In this document: piece by piece, positions 24,533-34,719 of the stretch
How the letters are laid out: the number at the start of each line of letters is the position of its first letter
How positions within the stretch are numbered: position 1 is the stretch's first letter
DNA from: Candidatus Dormiibacterota bacterium
GTDB lineage: Bacteria > Chloroflexota > Dormibacteria > Aeolococcales > Aeolococcaceae
DNA length: 64,000 nt
Assembly (NCBI GenBank): GCA_963718525.1
Contig: OY970355.1
Location: 1,760,001-1,824,000, forward strand
Direction of reading: 5' to 3'
Position numbers and translations under genes: made by a program
Notes under the pieces: generated by a model
The model's input: the letters and a program-made list of their open reading frames with translations, nothing else
The model's database searches: none
What the model was told of the DNA's origin: nothing

Positions 24533-25446
24533 ACGTCATCGAGACCAGTGGCCTGGGCAAGCGCTACGGCACCACCTGGGCGCTGCGCGACTGCAGCCTG
24601 GCGATCCCCGATGGGCACGTCGTCGCCTTGGTCGGACCGAACGGCGCGGGCAAGACCACGCTGCTGAACCTCACAGTCGGTCTCGCGGCGCAGACCGCGG
24701 GCATCGTCAGCGTGCTGGGTGGGATGCCCGCCGGATCGCCGGCCGCGTTGGACGGCATTGCATTCGTCGCCCAGGACACGCCGCTGTACAAGAACCTGTC
24801 GGCCGCCGACATGCTGCATATGACCCGGAACTTGAACCGCCGCTTCGACGAGCGGTACGCCACGGCTCGGCTTGGCGAACTGGGCATCCCGCTGCAGCGG
24901 ACGGCCGGCAAGCTGTCCGGCGGCCAGCAGGCGCAGCTCGCACTGACCCTGGCTCTGGCGAGGCGACCTCAGCTGCTCGTGCTCGACGAGCCGATGGCGA
25001 TGCTCGACCCGCTCGCCCGGCACGACTTCATGGCGACCGTGATGACCGCGATTGCAGACGACGGGGTGTCGGTGCTGCTGTCCTCGCATGTGCTGGCCGA
25101 GCTGGAGCGGGTGGCCGATTACCTTGTCCTGCTCTCCGATGGGAGCGTCCAGGTGTCGGGTGAGGTCGACGACCTGCTCGCCTCCCACCGTGTGCTCACC
25201 GGCCCCGCCGCCGAAGCCGGCGCATACGCGCCGCGCCTGAACGTCGTGCATGTCCGGCGCGGCGAGGCCCAGGCGCACCTGCTGGTCAGGACCAACGGAA
25301 CCAGCGAGCAGGTACCACCGGGCTGGGAGGCACACCCTGTGAGCCTCGAAGAACTCACCCTGGCGTACATGCGCGATCCCAACGCCGCGGCGCTGCCCGG
25401 CCCGGTGCGCGCGACGGTCGGTCAACCGATCGAGGCAAGGAATTGA
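24529..25446 (+). CDS. ABC transporter ATP-binding protein
   Basis: GPNGAGKTT, LSGGQ, LVLDEP, SSH. Confidence 0.95.
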   Translation: MNVIETSGLGKRYGTTWALRDCSLAIPDGHVVALVGPNGAGKTTLLNLTVGLAAQTAGIVSVLGGMPAGSPAALDGIAFVAQDTPLYKNLSAADMLHMTRNLNRRFDERYATARLGELGIPLQRTAGKLSGGQQAQLALTLALARRPQLLVLDEPMAMLDPLARHDFMATVMTAIADDGVSVLLSSHVLAELERVADYLVLLSDGSVQVSGEVDDLLASHRVLTGPAAEAGAYAPRLNVVHVRRGEAQAHLLVRTNGTSEQVPPGWEAHPVSLEELTLAYMRDPNAAALPGPVRATVGQPIEARN

Positions 25447-26495
25447 GCGCCGCGACCCTGCCCGCACGGGCCGGAGACGACGAGAGGCTGCGGCCCCTGC
25501 CGTGGCGGCGGATGGCCTGGGTCACCTGGCGACAGCACAGGCTCACCTTGGCCGGGCTCGTCGCGCTGCTTGGCGCGGCGGCGGTGTACCTGCTGATCAC
25601 AGGCCTACAGATGCACGATGCCTACGCCTCGGTGGCCGGCTGCCGCCCGGCAAATGCACAGATCTGCCAGCAGGTGGACAACGACTTCTTGAAGACCTAC
25701 GCACCCGGCGTGGGCGTGGTCTTCGGGTTGTTCCAGGTGGTTCCAGCGCTGATCGGCGCGTTTGCCGGTGCTCCGGTGCTGGCGAGGGAACTGGAGACCG
25801 GCACCTTCCGCTTTGCGTGGACCCAGGGCTTCGGACGGGCACGCTGGACCATCGCCAAACTGGTGCCGCTCGCGGTCGCGGTCACCGTCGCCGCCGGTGC
25901 GTTCAGCGTGCTGGTCTCCTGGTACGTGCAGCCGATCTTCGGCGCCGGCGACAACAACGGCCCGCTGTATCCCACCCTGTTCGACCTGCTCGGGGTGGCG
26001 CTCGCCGCCTGGACTCTGACCGCGTTCGCGATCGGCGTCCTGGCCGGCTTCCTGATCCGTCGGGTGATCCCCGCAATCTTCGCCACGCTCGCCACGTGGG
26101 CTGCCCTCGCCTTAGGGGCCGGCCTCTTCTTGCGCGCGCACTACGTGGCGCCGCTGGTCACCAGCAATCCCACCATCCCTGTCCAAGCCTGGCTGATCAA
26201 CCAGGGGTGGTTCCGGGGCGGCAGCCCGGCGAGCCTCGACATGATCAACGCCACGCTGGCTCAGGTCGACGTCCGGGCGGTGACCCCCGAACTGTTCCAA
26301 CCCGGACCCGCGACGCCGGCCACCCTCGGCGACCCCGTGCAGTACCTGATCCGGCACGGCTACACGCAGTTGACGACCTACCAGCCGGTCAGCGAGTTCT
26401 GGCGATTCCAATGGATCGAAGGCGGCTGGCTCTTCGCGCTCTCATTGATCCTCATCGCGTCGACCGTCTGGTTGGTCCGCCGGCGCGCCGCCTGA
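25443..26495 (+). CDS. ABC-2 type exporter permease
   Basis: Six TM segments; GAPVLARELETGTFRFAWTQG motif. Confidence 0.88.
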   Translation: MSAATLPARAGDDERLRPLPWRRMAWVTWRQHRLTLAGLVALLGAAAVYLLITGLQMHDAYASVAGCRPANAQICQQVDNDFLKTYAPGVGVVFGLFQVVPALIGAFAGAPVLARELETGTFRFAWTQGFGRARWTIAKLVPLAVAVTVAAGAFSVLVSWYVQPIFGAGDNNGPLYPTLFDLLGVALAAWTLTAFAIGVLAGFLIRRVIPAIFATLATWAALALGAGLFLRAHYVAPLVTSNPTIPVQAWLINQGWFRGGSPASLDMINATLAQVDVRAVTPELFQPGPATPATLGDPVQYLIRHGYTQLTTYQPVSEFWRFQWIEGGWLFALSLILIASTVWLVRRRAA

Positions 26496-26522
26496 AGCGC
26501 CCGTTCACGGATCGCCGCCGGA

Positions 26523-27227
26523 TCAGTGCCGCAGCGTGTCCGCGCCAGGGTCGGTGCGTGGACCCATGAGCGGCCGCCCCGGGCGCTCGTCAAAGATGAG
26601 GCGCTGATACGCGCGCCGCCAGAAGTGGCCGTACGTGCGCGCGTCCGTGGGCAGGCCCTCGAGGCGGCGGAGCAGGAGCAGCACCAGGATCGCCAGGCAG
26701 CCGCTGCCGAGGATCCAGCCGTGGGAGTTGCCGAAGACAAACGCGACCGCCGGCAGGATGACGAAGCCCACCAGGACCGCCAGGGCGATGCGGCCGCGAA
26801 TCGCCCCCCACGCGAAGCACATCAGCAGCGCGATCAGGCCCGCGACCGAGAGCGCCGCAACCGCGCCGGTCGCGACCGCGACGCCGCGCCCGCCGTTGAA
26901 GCGCATGTAGACCGGCCAGCCATTGCCGGCCACTGCGCAGACCCCGATGAGCATGGATGCGGTCAGCGGGAGCCCGTCGAGCCGCGACGCCAGCACCGGA
27001 CCGAACCCCTGGGCGAACTGGAGCGGCCCCACGATCACCGCGATATCGATGCCGGCGTGGCGGTACACGTTGCTCGTGCCGATGTTGCCGGTGCCGAAGT
27101 TGCGCAGGTCGAGGCCGTAGCGTTTGCGGCGCACCAGCAGCCAGCCGACCGGCAGGCCGCCGATGAGATAGGCCCCCAGGCACCATCCCGCGACGACCCA
27201 TGGGGAGATCATGATGCCGGCAATCAT
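26523..27227 (-). CDS. plsY: Glycerol-3-phosphate acyltransferase PlsY-like (divergent)
   Basis: AYLIGGLP, DLRNFGTGNIGTSNVYR, FNGGRGVA; highly hydrophobic. Confidence 0.78.
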   Translation of the reverse strand: MIAGIMISPWVVAGWCLGAYLIGGLPVGWLLVRRKRYGLDLRNFGTGNIGTSNVYRHAGIDIAVIVGPLQFAQGFGPVLASRLDGLPLTASMLIGVCAVAGNGWPVYMRFNGGRGVAVATGAVAALSVAGLIALLMCFAWGAIRGRIALAVLVGFVILPAVAFVFGNSHGWILGSGCLAILVLLLLRRLEGLPTDARTYGHFWRRAYQRLIFDERPGRPLMGPRTDPGADTLRH

Positions 27228-27246
27228 CCTCGCTTGTGTACGGTAG

Positions 27247-28119
27247 GTGACCGTGAGGGATAGAGCGCTGGTTGTGGACGGCGGTGCCGCGCTGCAGGAG
27301 GACCTGGAGCGCGGTGTTGTCGTCGTGCCCCAGCACATCACCGTCGGGCACCGGGAGTTCATCGACGACGGCAATCCCGAGGCATACGCCGACTTCTACG
27401 CACTGCTTCGCGGCGGAGGTGTGACCGCGACGGCAACGCCATCGCCCGGAACCTACCTCGACGCGTTCCGGCGGAGTGATGCCGAAACGATCCTCTGTCT
27501 CACGATCCCCGAACGCTGGAGCGGGATGCACTCGACGGCGAACCTGGCGGCCGGCATGCTCGAGGCTGAGGAGGGGCGGCGCCGGGTGACCGTCGTCGAC
27601 ACCGGCACTGCCGTGGCAGGGTTCTCGCTGGTCGCACGCTGTGCCTCGTACCTCGCCGAGACGACGCCGGATGCGAGCGCGTGGATTGCTGCAGTCCGCG
27701 CCTCCTGCGAACGCGTTCGCGTGTACGGAGCGTTGGCGACGCTCACCTACGTCGCACGCACCGGCCGCGTGCCGGGACTGTTGGCGGGGATCTCCAACAC
27801 GCTGCGGATCCGTCCCGTCTTCCGGCTCGTCGAGGGAGGCAGCACGGGCAGGGTGGGGCTGACGCGCACGGTCAGCGGGGCGATCCGTCAGCTGGCGGCC
27901 GTGGCAGTCGACGAGCTCGGCCCCGGACCGCAGTGGCTGATGGTGTTCCATGCTGATGCCGTCGACGAGGCCGCCGAGCTCGCGCTCCGCCTCGGTGAGG
28001 TGACGCACGTGGTTCGCGCCGAGACCCTCGAGCTGAGTCCGATGTTCGGCGCGCACACAGGCCCTGGGACGATCGGCTTTGCAGCGCTCCCGTGGCCGGG
28101 CGGAGCACCACCGGACTGA
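27247..28119 (+). CDS. DegV family fatty-acid-binding protein (FakB-like)
   Basis: TATPSPG, WSGM, VVDTG, TLTYVARTGRV, GAHTGPG. Confidence 0.88.
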   Translation: MTVRDRALVVDGGAALQEDLERGVVVVPQHITVGHREFIDDGNPEAYADFYALLRGGGVTATATPSPGTYLDAFRRSDAETILCLTIPERWSGMHSTANLAAGMLEAEEGRRRVTVVDTGTAVAGFSLVARCASYLAETTPDASAWIAAVRASCERVRVYGALATLTYVARTGRVPGLLAGISNTLRIRPVFRLVEGGSTGRVGLTRTVSGAIRQLAAVAVDELGPGPQWLMVFHADAVDEAAELALRLGEVTHVVRAETLELSPMFGAHTGPGTIGFAALPWPGGAPPD

Positions 28120-28167
28120 TCTGAGCGCCGGCGCGCCGCGTGAAGCCACTGGGCATACCATCGATGC

Positions 28168-29241
28168 GTGGTGACGGAGGCAGCTCCTCCTACCGACGAG
28201 CAACGCTCGGTGGAGGAGCATGATCACGACCAATCCGGCGTGGCGCGCCCACGGCGGCGGTGGCTGGCGTACCTGCCGCTGCTGTTCGCCTTTGGTGCCA
28301 TTGCTGCGCTGCTGGTGTATGCGGACCCGCACAAGATCGGCATCGCCTTCCAGCGATTCAACCTTGTCTACGTACCGATCGTCGTCGCGCTCGCGGTCGG
28401 TTTCTACATCGTGCAAGGGGTGCGGTGGTGGACGCTGAACCGCGCGCTCGGCATCAGATTCCCCTTGGTGGACACGGTCTTTCTCACCGAAACCGGACAG
28501 GCGACGGCACTGCTGCCGCTCGGTGAGCTGACCCGCGCGCTGCTGGTATCAAAAGCAGCGAAGGTGCATCTCGGCGTGGTGGTTGCGAGCGAGACGGTGC
28601 AGGAATTGCTGTTCGTGTTCATGCTCTTCGTGCTCGCACTGCCCAAGGCGCTCAGCCTGCACCTCATCGCGATTGCCGTTGCGGTGCCAATGCTTTTCGT
28701 CATCGGCATCGTCGCGATCCTCACTGTCGAAAAGCTGTATGCGCGCGTGCGCCGCATCATCGGGCGAGTGCCATTCCTCAAGCGCATCCGCCCCGCGGTG
28801 GACGAACTGCACCGTGACACGCGTCTGCTGTTCCGGCACGCGGACACGTATCGATACCTGCCGTTGAGCGCCGCCCAGGCGGCGATGGCGGTGACATTGC
28901 TGTGGGCGGTGGCGCAGGCAGTCGACCCGGGCAAGCTCAGCTGGACCAGCGCCGGCTTTGTCTATGCGGTGACCCAGGGGGCTGCGTGGTTGAGCTTCTC
29001 GCCGGGAGGCCTTGGTGCGGTGGAGGCGAGCACCGCCGGCCTGCTGGTGCTGCTCGGCATCAGCTTTGACATTGCCACGGCAATCTCGGTGATGCAGCGG
29101 CTGGCGGACAAGGGGCTGAACACCGTGATCGGTTGGATCTGCTACCTGTTCGCTCGGCGGCGGTACACCCTGACCGGGGCGTCGCTGTTCCGGTTCGAGA
29201 TGCCGCGGGGCGAGGAGGCGGTTGGAGCCGGACCGGGCTGA
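28168..29241 (+). CDS. UPF0104 / lysylphosphatidylglycerol-synthase TM (flippase-like) membrane protein
   Basis: RWW, LGELTRA and SPGGLGAVEA motifs; ~8 TMs. Confidence 0.82.
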   Translation: MVTEAAPPTDEQRSVEEHDHDQSGVARPRRRWLAYLPLLFAFGAIAALLVYADPHKIGIAFQRFNLVYVPIVVALAVGFYIVQGVRWWTLNRALGIRFPLVDTVFLTETGQATALLPLGELTRALLVSKAAKVHLGVVVASETVQELLFVFMLFVLALPKALSLHLIAIAVAVPMLFVIGIVAILTVEKLYARVRRIIGRVPFLKRIRPAVDELHRDTRLLFRHADTYRYLPLSAAQAAMAVTLLWAVAQAVDPGKLSWTSAGFVYAVTQGAAWLSFSPGGLGAVEASTAGLLVLLGISFDIATAISVMQRLADKGLNTVIGWICYLFARRRYTLTGASLFRFEMPRGEEAVGAGPG

Positions 29242-29481
29242 CGGGCTAACGTTCCAATCGCGTCTGAATGTAAACGCGGGTATCCATTTCGGATTTGCCG
29301 ACTGGCGGAAATCTTTACCAATCCCTCAGGAATCGCGGCGGCGGCCGAAGCCTTGCAAGGACCTAAACGCGAATGTGCCAGACGGTAGTGCCTTGCCGTA
29401 TCGAAGGCTCTGCAAGCGACCCTCCGAAATTGGTATCCTCCAGCCCAAGCAGTTTTGCTTCGTTTGCAGGAGGGTCTGGCG

Positions 29482-30108
29482 GTGGATTTCAGGAGAGCAG
29501 CGTGCACAGCGCTCTTGGCCCCGCTTGCGCTCGCAGGGGGGATCTTCGTTTCGACCCTGGGTAGCACGAGCGTCCTCGCAGCCTCGAGATCGAGCGTCGC
29601 CGCCAAAACACCGGCAAGCTCTTCAACGCACCACGAGCACGAGAGCGTCGAGTGCACTCCCGGTAAGGTCGCCGAAAAGCATGGACAGTGCGCGGTGGTC
29701 TTCGTCGACAAGAGCAACGCCGAAAACTCGGTCGGACAGAAGGTGTGCTTCAGCGTTAGCAACGACGCCGGGAGCGTACAGACCGGTACCGGGAATTGCG
29801 CGTATATCAATAAGAACGACAAGGCGCTCGGAACCTTCACGACCAGCGGCAGCTACTGCGGCAGAGCGACCATCACGGCGGTCGAGCCCAACGAGGGCGA
29901 TGAGCAGGCCCATCACACCACGATCACCATCGTCTGCCCGACTAAAGCGACGACGACCAGCGTCACGGTCCCCGCGGCGCCTCCGTCTTCACCCATGGGT
30001 TGGCTGCTAGGCGCGATGGGCGTTGGCATTGCGCTCCTTACGGGTTACGCCGTATGGACTCGTCGTTGGTTTGCTGCAAGGAGGCACGGGGCCCGCCAGT
30101 CTGCGTGA
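29482..30108 (+). CDS. Secreted Cys-rich Ig-like protein with C-terminal membrane anchor
   Basis: AGGAGG SD; signal peptide; six Cys in the mature part; Thr/Pro linker, TM and Arg-rich tail; resembles 58820-59341. Confidence 0.75.
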   Translation: MDFRRAACTALLAPLALAGGIFVSTLGSTSVLAASRSSVAAKTPASSSTHHEHESVECTPGKVAEKHGQCAVVFVDKSNAENSVGQKVCFSVSNDAGSVQTGTGNCAYINKNDKALGTFTTSGSYCGRATITAVEPNEGDEQAHHTTITIVCPTKATTTSVTVPAAPPSSPMGWLLGAMGVGIALLTGYAVWTRRWFAARRHGARQSA

Positions 30109-30234
30109 GCGACCGCGGGTAGCCCGGAACCCCAGCCACAGCTGATCGGCGCCCCGCCAAGAAAGCGTCGGCGAAAGCGCAGTCGCTGGCCGATCCCACG
30201 CAGGTGGACCGTCGGAGGTGGCCTCGGCATCCTC

Positions 30235-32037
30235 ATGGCGCTCATCGCCCTAGCCGTCGTAGCTGTCGTTAGGTATCTTCCCGCCTACCAGGCGCTTCAG
30301 CAGGGCCGCACCGAGGTGCTAGGGGCCGAGGCGATGCTTCGCAGCGCAGGGCTCGATCCCACAACCGCCCAACTCACCGCGGCCACAGCGATGCTGAACG
30401 ACGCGAAGCAAGACTTCGGCTCCCGCTCGTCCGTGATCGACAACGGATGGATCGCCGGAGCACTCGCCGGCCTTCCGGGAGTCGATCGCCAAGTGGCCGC
30501 CGCGCGCTCCTTGCGGCACGCCGGGGAGGACGGCACGAACCTCGCCCTCGACCTCATCCCGTTGCTCCGTAACCTCCACAGCGGTTCGGCAGCCGGCGGC
30601 GCGGGAGTGATCAAGGAGCTGGCATCACTCGGCGACGTCGAGAGGGCCGCCATCAATCGGGCGCTCGCGGATCTTGGTTCGATGGACGCCGCGGTGAGGT
30701 CGATCCCGACGGGTCCGCTGCTGGGGCCCATCGCACATGCGCGGACCGACGCCCAGCAGGCCGAGCAACGCCTCGATGGCCCGGTGCGAGCCGGTCTCAC
30801 CATCCTGGAGAGGCTGCCCAACGTCGTGGGAACCGGAACGCATCGCTATCTGATCCTTCTGACGAACCCCGGCGAGGAGCGGGGTGGGGGAGGCTTTATC
30901 GGCGCTGTGGGAGTGGTTGTCTTCCAGGACGGTCAGCTCGTCAGTTCGAACTTCATGCCTTCGAGCTTTTCCGACAAGGTGGTGACCAACATCCCGGCGC
31001 CGGCACCCATCAGGGAAATCACGGGCACCAACCTCGTTCTCGCGGATTCCGACTGGTCACCCAACTTTCCAACCTCAGCGGCCCTCGCTTCCAAGTTCTA
31101 CACTCGCGCCACCGGGCTGCCGATCGATGGCGTGATCAATGTCGATCCTGTCGCGCTCTCCTACGTGCTCCAGGTGGTTGGCAGTGTCCAGGTGCCCCCG
31201 TATCCGCAGGTCGTCAGTGCGAGCAACGCCCTCCTCGAACTCAACTACATCATCAACGCGGCGCGCCCGGGGGATCCTGGCAAGGTGTACCTCGCGCCCT
31301 TCGGACATGCGGTCGTCGATGCAGCACTCAAGACGCCGCGGAGTCAATGGCTGTCGCTGGCGATAGCATTGGAGCTCGGCGCTGCCGAGAAGCACATCGT
31401 GGTCAATTTCGTCAATGCGCAGTTGGAGCAACTCGTTGTCAGCGCTGGGATTGGCGGCGTGCTGCCCCAAAAACCAAGTGGCGATGCCGTGCTCGTTGTC
31501 GACTCCAATCTATCGGGAACCAAGGGCGACCTCTTTGTCACACGCCACTACGATCTCCATGCAACGGTGAATTCGCAGGGACATGTGCAGGATCGACTGA
31601 CCCTCACCTACCACGATCCTCTCGAGACAGCGCCGGCGAATGCCGCGCTACAGCTCAACTCGGGTGGACTCTATGAGGACTACATCAGGGTGTATCTCCC
31701 ACCGTCGGCGAACTTTGATGACCTGCTGGTCAGCCAGAATGGAGGACCCGCGATTTCAGAGAGTCCGGAGGACTTCGGCGTCGAGAACAACCGCCAGTGG
31801 GTGGCCTATCGCCTCATTGTCGACGTCAACGCGACGATTTCCGTGGCGTTTCTGTATGACGGTTCCTTTGCACACGTGGCATCCAATGGATCGGTTAGTT
31901 ACCAGCTCGCATGGGAAAAGCAAATCAACGCGCTCACATGGCCGGTCAGTGTCGACATACAACTCCCCGGCGGTCACAACTACGCGCTTCAAAGCGATCT
32001 GAGCGTGGACCGCATCTGGAGGGTCAGCAGCGGCTGA
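30235..32037 (+). CDS. DUF4012 domain membrane-anchored protein (true start probably near 30105)
   Basis: YLILLTNPGEERGGGGFIG, DSDWSPNFPTSA, IDGVINVDPVALSYVL, NLSGTKGDLFV. Confidence 0.85.
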   Translation: MALIALAVVAVVRYLPAYQALQQGRTEVLGAEAMLRSAGLDPTTAQLTAATAMLNDAKQDFGSRSSVIDNGWIAGALAGLPGVDRQVAAARSLRHAGEDGTNLALDLIPLLRNLHSGSAAGGAGVIKELASLGDVERAAINRALADLGSMDAAVRSIPTGPLLGPIAHARTDAQQAEQRLDGPVRAGLTILERLPNVVGTGTHRYLILLTNPGEERGGGGFIGAVGVVVFQDGQLVSSNFMPSSFSDKVVTNIPAPAPIREITGTNLVLADSDWSPNFPTSAALASKFYTRATGLPIDGVINVDPVALSYVLQVVGSVQVPPYPQVVSASNALLELNYIINAARPGDPGKVYLAPFGHAVVDAALKTPRSQWLSLAIALELGAAEKHIVVNFVNAQLEQLVVSAGIGGVLPQKPSGDAVLVVDSNLSGTKGDLFVTRHYDLHATVNSQGHVQDRLTLTYHDPLETAPANAALQLNSGGLYEDYIRVYLPPSANFDDLLVSQNGGPAISESPEDFGVENNRQWVAYRLIVDVNATISVAFLYDGSFAHVASNGSVSYQLAWEKQINALTWPVSVDIQLPGGHNYALQSDLSVDRIWRVSSG

Positions 32038-32038
32038 C

Positions 32039-34624
32039 TTAACTTTGGGCCGCCGCCTTCCTTGCGGCGGCGTGGCGCCGCCCGACTGAAGCTTTACCGG
32101 CTTCCACATCCTGAACGGCAGCCGGCTGAGGATTTGCAACGATATCGGCGGCCAGGGCCACAAGCGCGGCGGTGAAGCCCTGGCGATCTATGCGACCACT
32201 CGCGAAGTCTCGAGCCAGCCGTTCGAGTTGATAACCGAGGAGCGACGGAGCTGTCGGCGACTGAATCTGGAACACCCGCGGGTGCGCCGTCTGGACGCGG
32301 TGTTCATGATCGTAGATCAGCTCTTCGTGAAGCTTTTCCCCGGAACGGAGCCCTGTGTACTCGAGTGCGATGTCAACATGCGGCCGCAGCCCGCGTAGAC
32401 GGATCATCTTGTACGCGAGGTCTTCGATCCGTATGCGGTCGCCCATGTCGAGCATAAAGACATCATTCGCGACGCTCAGGCTAGCGGCCTCGACGATGAG
32501 CGCCGCCGCCTCCTCCGGATGCATGAAGTACCGCGTCATGTCGGTGTGGGTGATGGTCACCGGGCCGCCCAATTCGATTTGTCGCTCGAACGTTGGGATG
32601 ACGCTGCCCCGGCTCCCGAGCACATTGCCGAACCGCACCACGGTCATCCCTTCATCGGTTACGGGTGCGGCGTGGCCATTGCTCTTTGCCTCGCGCAACT
32701 CGTGCACCAGGATCTCGGCCATACGCTTGGTGGCGCCCATCACCGACGAGGGGTTCACTGCCTTATCGGTCGACACCAGCACGAAACGCCCAGAGCCGCA
32801 CTGCGCCGCGGCGTCAGCCATCACCCAAGTGCCCCACACGTTGGTCCACGCGGCTTCGTGCGGATACAACTCCATGAGCGGCACGTGCTTGTACGCAGCC
32901 ACATGGAAGATGATCTGCGGATGCTCGGTCCGCACAACATCGAGCATTCGTGCGCGATTGGTGACGTCGCCGACGACGATGGACAATTCCGCCTCGGCTC
33001 CGAGCGCCCTGATCTCGACCGCGAGATCATAAAGGCCGCTCTCGTTCATGTCGACGGCGACGATACGGGCCGGGCGGAGGCCCAGCATCTGGCGGATCAA
33101 CTCAGACCCGATCGATCCGCATGCTCCTGTCACAAGTACCGTCTGGCCACCTACCAGACCGCGGCAGCGCTCGTGGTCCAAAGCGGCCGCCTGGCGGCCG
33201 ATGAGATCCTCGGCTCTCATGTCGCGGAGCAGCGCCGCAGAGTAGCGATCGCCCATCCAGTTGACGAGGTCGTGCGCCACCTTGATCTGAGCAGCGGTGC
33301 CATGGGCAAAGGCCAGGATGTCGCGCATGTCGCTCCCGGTGGTACTCCCCATCGCCAACACAATGACGTCGACATTCTCCTTTGCGACGAAGGCCCGCAG
33401 AACGCCCCGTCCGCCGACCACCTTGATGCCGTGAACCGTGAGCCCGTGTTTGCTGGAATCGTCATCCAGGAAGCCAACAACCCGGTAGCGACGTCCGTCG
33501 GCGTGCGTTCGGAGCCGGCGGACGAGTAGCTGCCCGAGTTCGCCGGCGCCGTACACAACGGCACGCGTCGGCTGCCGAGGGCTCGACGACGACTGAGGGT
33601 TCACCAGGCCGGAGAGTGCATGTGGAATCCTGCTGCGATAGCGAAACACCACAAACCCGACCGCGCTGAAGCAACTGCCGACCAGGACAACACTCAGGGG
33701 AAGTGGGCGTAAGGGGGCACCGGGATGGAAGAGGTCAAAGAGCGTTGCCGCTCCGGTGGAGATTAACGCTGCCACAGCAATTGGAAGCACCTCAACACCC
33801 GCGGCGTACTGCCACGCGCGTCGGTGGAGCCGGAACCCCACGTTCACCAGCGCGAAACCGACAGCCGTGAGTGCGATGGCGCGCGCAGCAGCGGCGTCGC
33901 TCTCTGTTCCATACGGATGAGCGGCGTCGAGGAAGCGGAGGAGATAGACAAGGACGAAGCTCGCGGTCGCGATGATGGCGTCGGCAAGAAACCACGGGAG
34001 CGCCCTTCGCACGACGCGCACCAACACACCAAGGAGGCGCGCCATCAACCAACCGGCCGCGCGGGCAATGATCCAGACATCGGTTGCCACGGTACGGTGC
34101 TGGATGTAACGCAGCTCGACGAGGCGATCGCTTGCGACCCCCTCGTCGTTGTCAATTGGATCGCCGGTATTGCCTGCTGCGATCGACCGTCCGTGAGCGC
34201 GCCAGGCAGGGGAGACCAGTCCCGGCCGAACCTCCAGGAGCCGTGCTGCCGACGGCGTCAACCACGCGGAATCTGCGACGGTAGCGGGGCGCGGTCCAAC
34301 CATGCTGAGCTGGCCCCTGAGCACGTTAACAAGCTCAGGAAGTCCGGAAATGCCCAAGACGTCCAGGACGCGCCCTGCTCCACCCGATGACAGTCGGATG
34401 AGCCGGAATGGTTCTCCGCCCTTTCCTGCGCGCTCCTCGCGAAGGAACGCTCGGGAATGCAAGACCAGCTTCAGATAGATAGCAGCCAGGCCGATGATCG
34501 GGCTCGAGAGCGTGAGGGCGATGGCTGCAACCGCGAGGTCGAAGAGCCGCCCACCTCGGGTATCCCGTGCGATCACATACCTCCCTGCGCGCTCCGGCTC
34601 CCCTTCCCCGGTGGACCTTACCAA
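32039..34624 (-). CDS. CapD/PglF-like UDP-GlcNAc 4,6-dehydratase with N-terminal degenerate sugar-transferase domain
   Basis: VVYGAGELG, GFLDDD, TGACGSIGSEL, AAYKHVPLME, STDKAVNP, MGATKR, RFGNVLGSRGSV; N-terminus LPELVNVLRGQLSMVGPRP. Confidence 0.92.
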   Translation of the reverse strand: MVRSTGEGEPERAGRYVIARDTRGGRLFDLAVAAIALTLSSPIIGLAAIYLKLVLHSRAFLREERAGKGGEPFRLIRLSSGGAGRVLDVLGISGLPELVNVLRGQLSMVGPRPATVADSAWLTPSAARLLEVRPGLVSPAWRAHGRSIAAGNTGDPIDNDEGVASDRLVELRYIQHRTVATDVWIIARAAGWLMARLLGVLVRVVRRALPWFLADAIIATASFVLVYLLRFLDAAHPYGTESDAAAARAIALTAVGFALVNVGFRLHRRAWQYAAGVEVLPIAVAALISTGAATLFDLFHPGAPLRPLPLSVVLVGSCFSAVGFVVFRYRSRIPHALSGLVNPQSSSSPRQPTRAVVYGAGELGQLLVRRLRTHADGRRYRVVGFLDDDSSKHGLTVHGIKVVGGRGVLRAFVAKENVDVIVLAMGSTTGSDMRDILAFAHGTAAQIKVAHDLVNWMGDRYSAALLRDMRAEDLIGRQAAALDHERCRGLVGGQTVLVTGACGSIGSELIRQMLGLRPARIVAVDMNESGLYDLAVEIRALGAEAELSIVVGDVTNRARMLDVVRTEHPQIIFHVAAYKHVPLMELYPHEAAWTNVWGTWVMADAAAQCGSGRFVLVSTDKAVNPSSVMGATKRMAEILVHELREAKSNGHAAPVTDEGMTVVRFGNVLGSRGSVIPTFERQIELGGPVTITHTDMTRYFMHPEEAAALIVEAASLSVANDVFMLDMGDRIRIEDLAYKMIRLRGLRPHVDIALEYTGLRSGEKLHEELIYDHEHRVQTAHPRVFQIQSPTAPSLLGYQLERLARDFASGRIDRQGFTAALVALAADIVANPQPAAVQDVEAGKASVGRRHAAARKAAAQS

Positions 34625-34719
34625 ATGGTCTCTAGCAATGCAACCCCACCAAGCGCCCCCCTCCTTTCACCACAATCTCGGGCCTATGGAGCAAACTCGT
34701 CACCCGTATGGAAGGCTGA

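Noticed and set aside
30106-30108. Programmed TGA readthrough fusing the Ig protein to DUF4012
   Set aside because: The frames are collinear, but one extra base after the overlapping GTG explains it more simply, and the paralogs are separate genes
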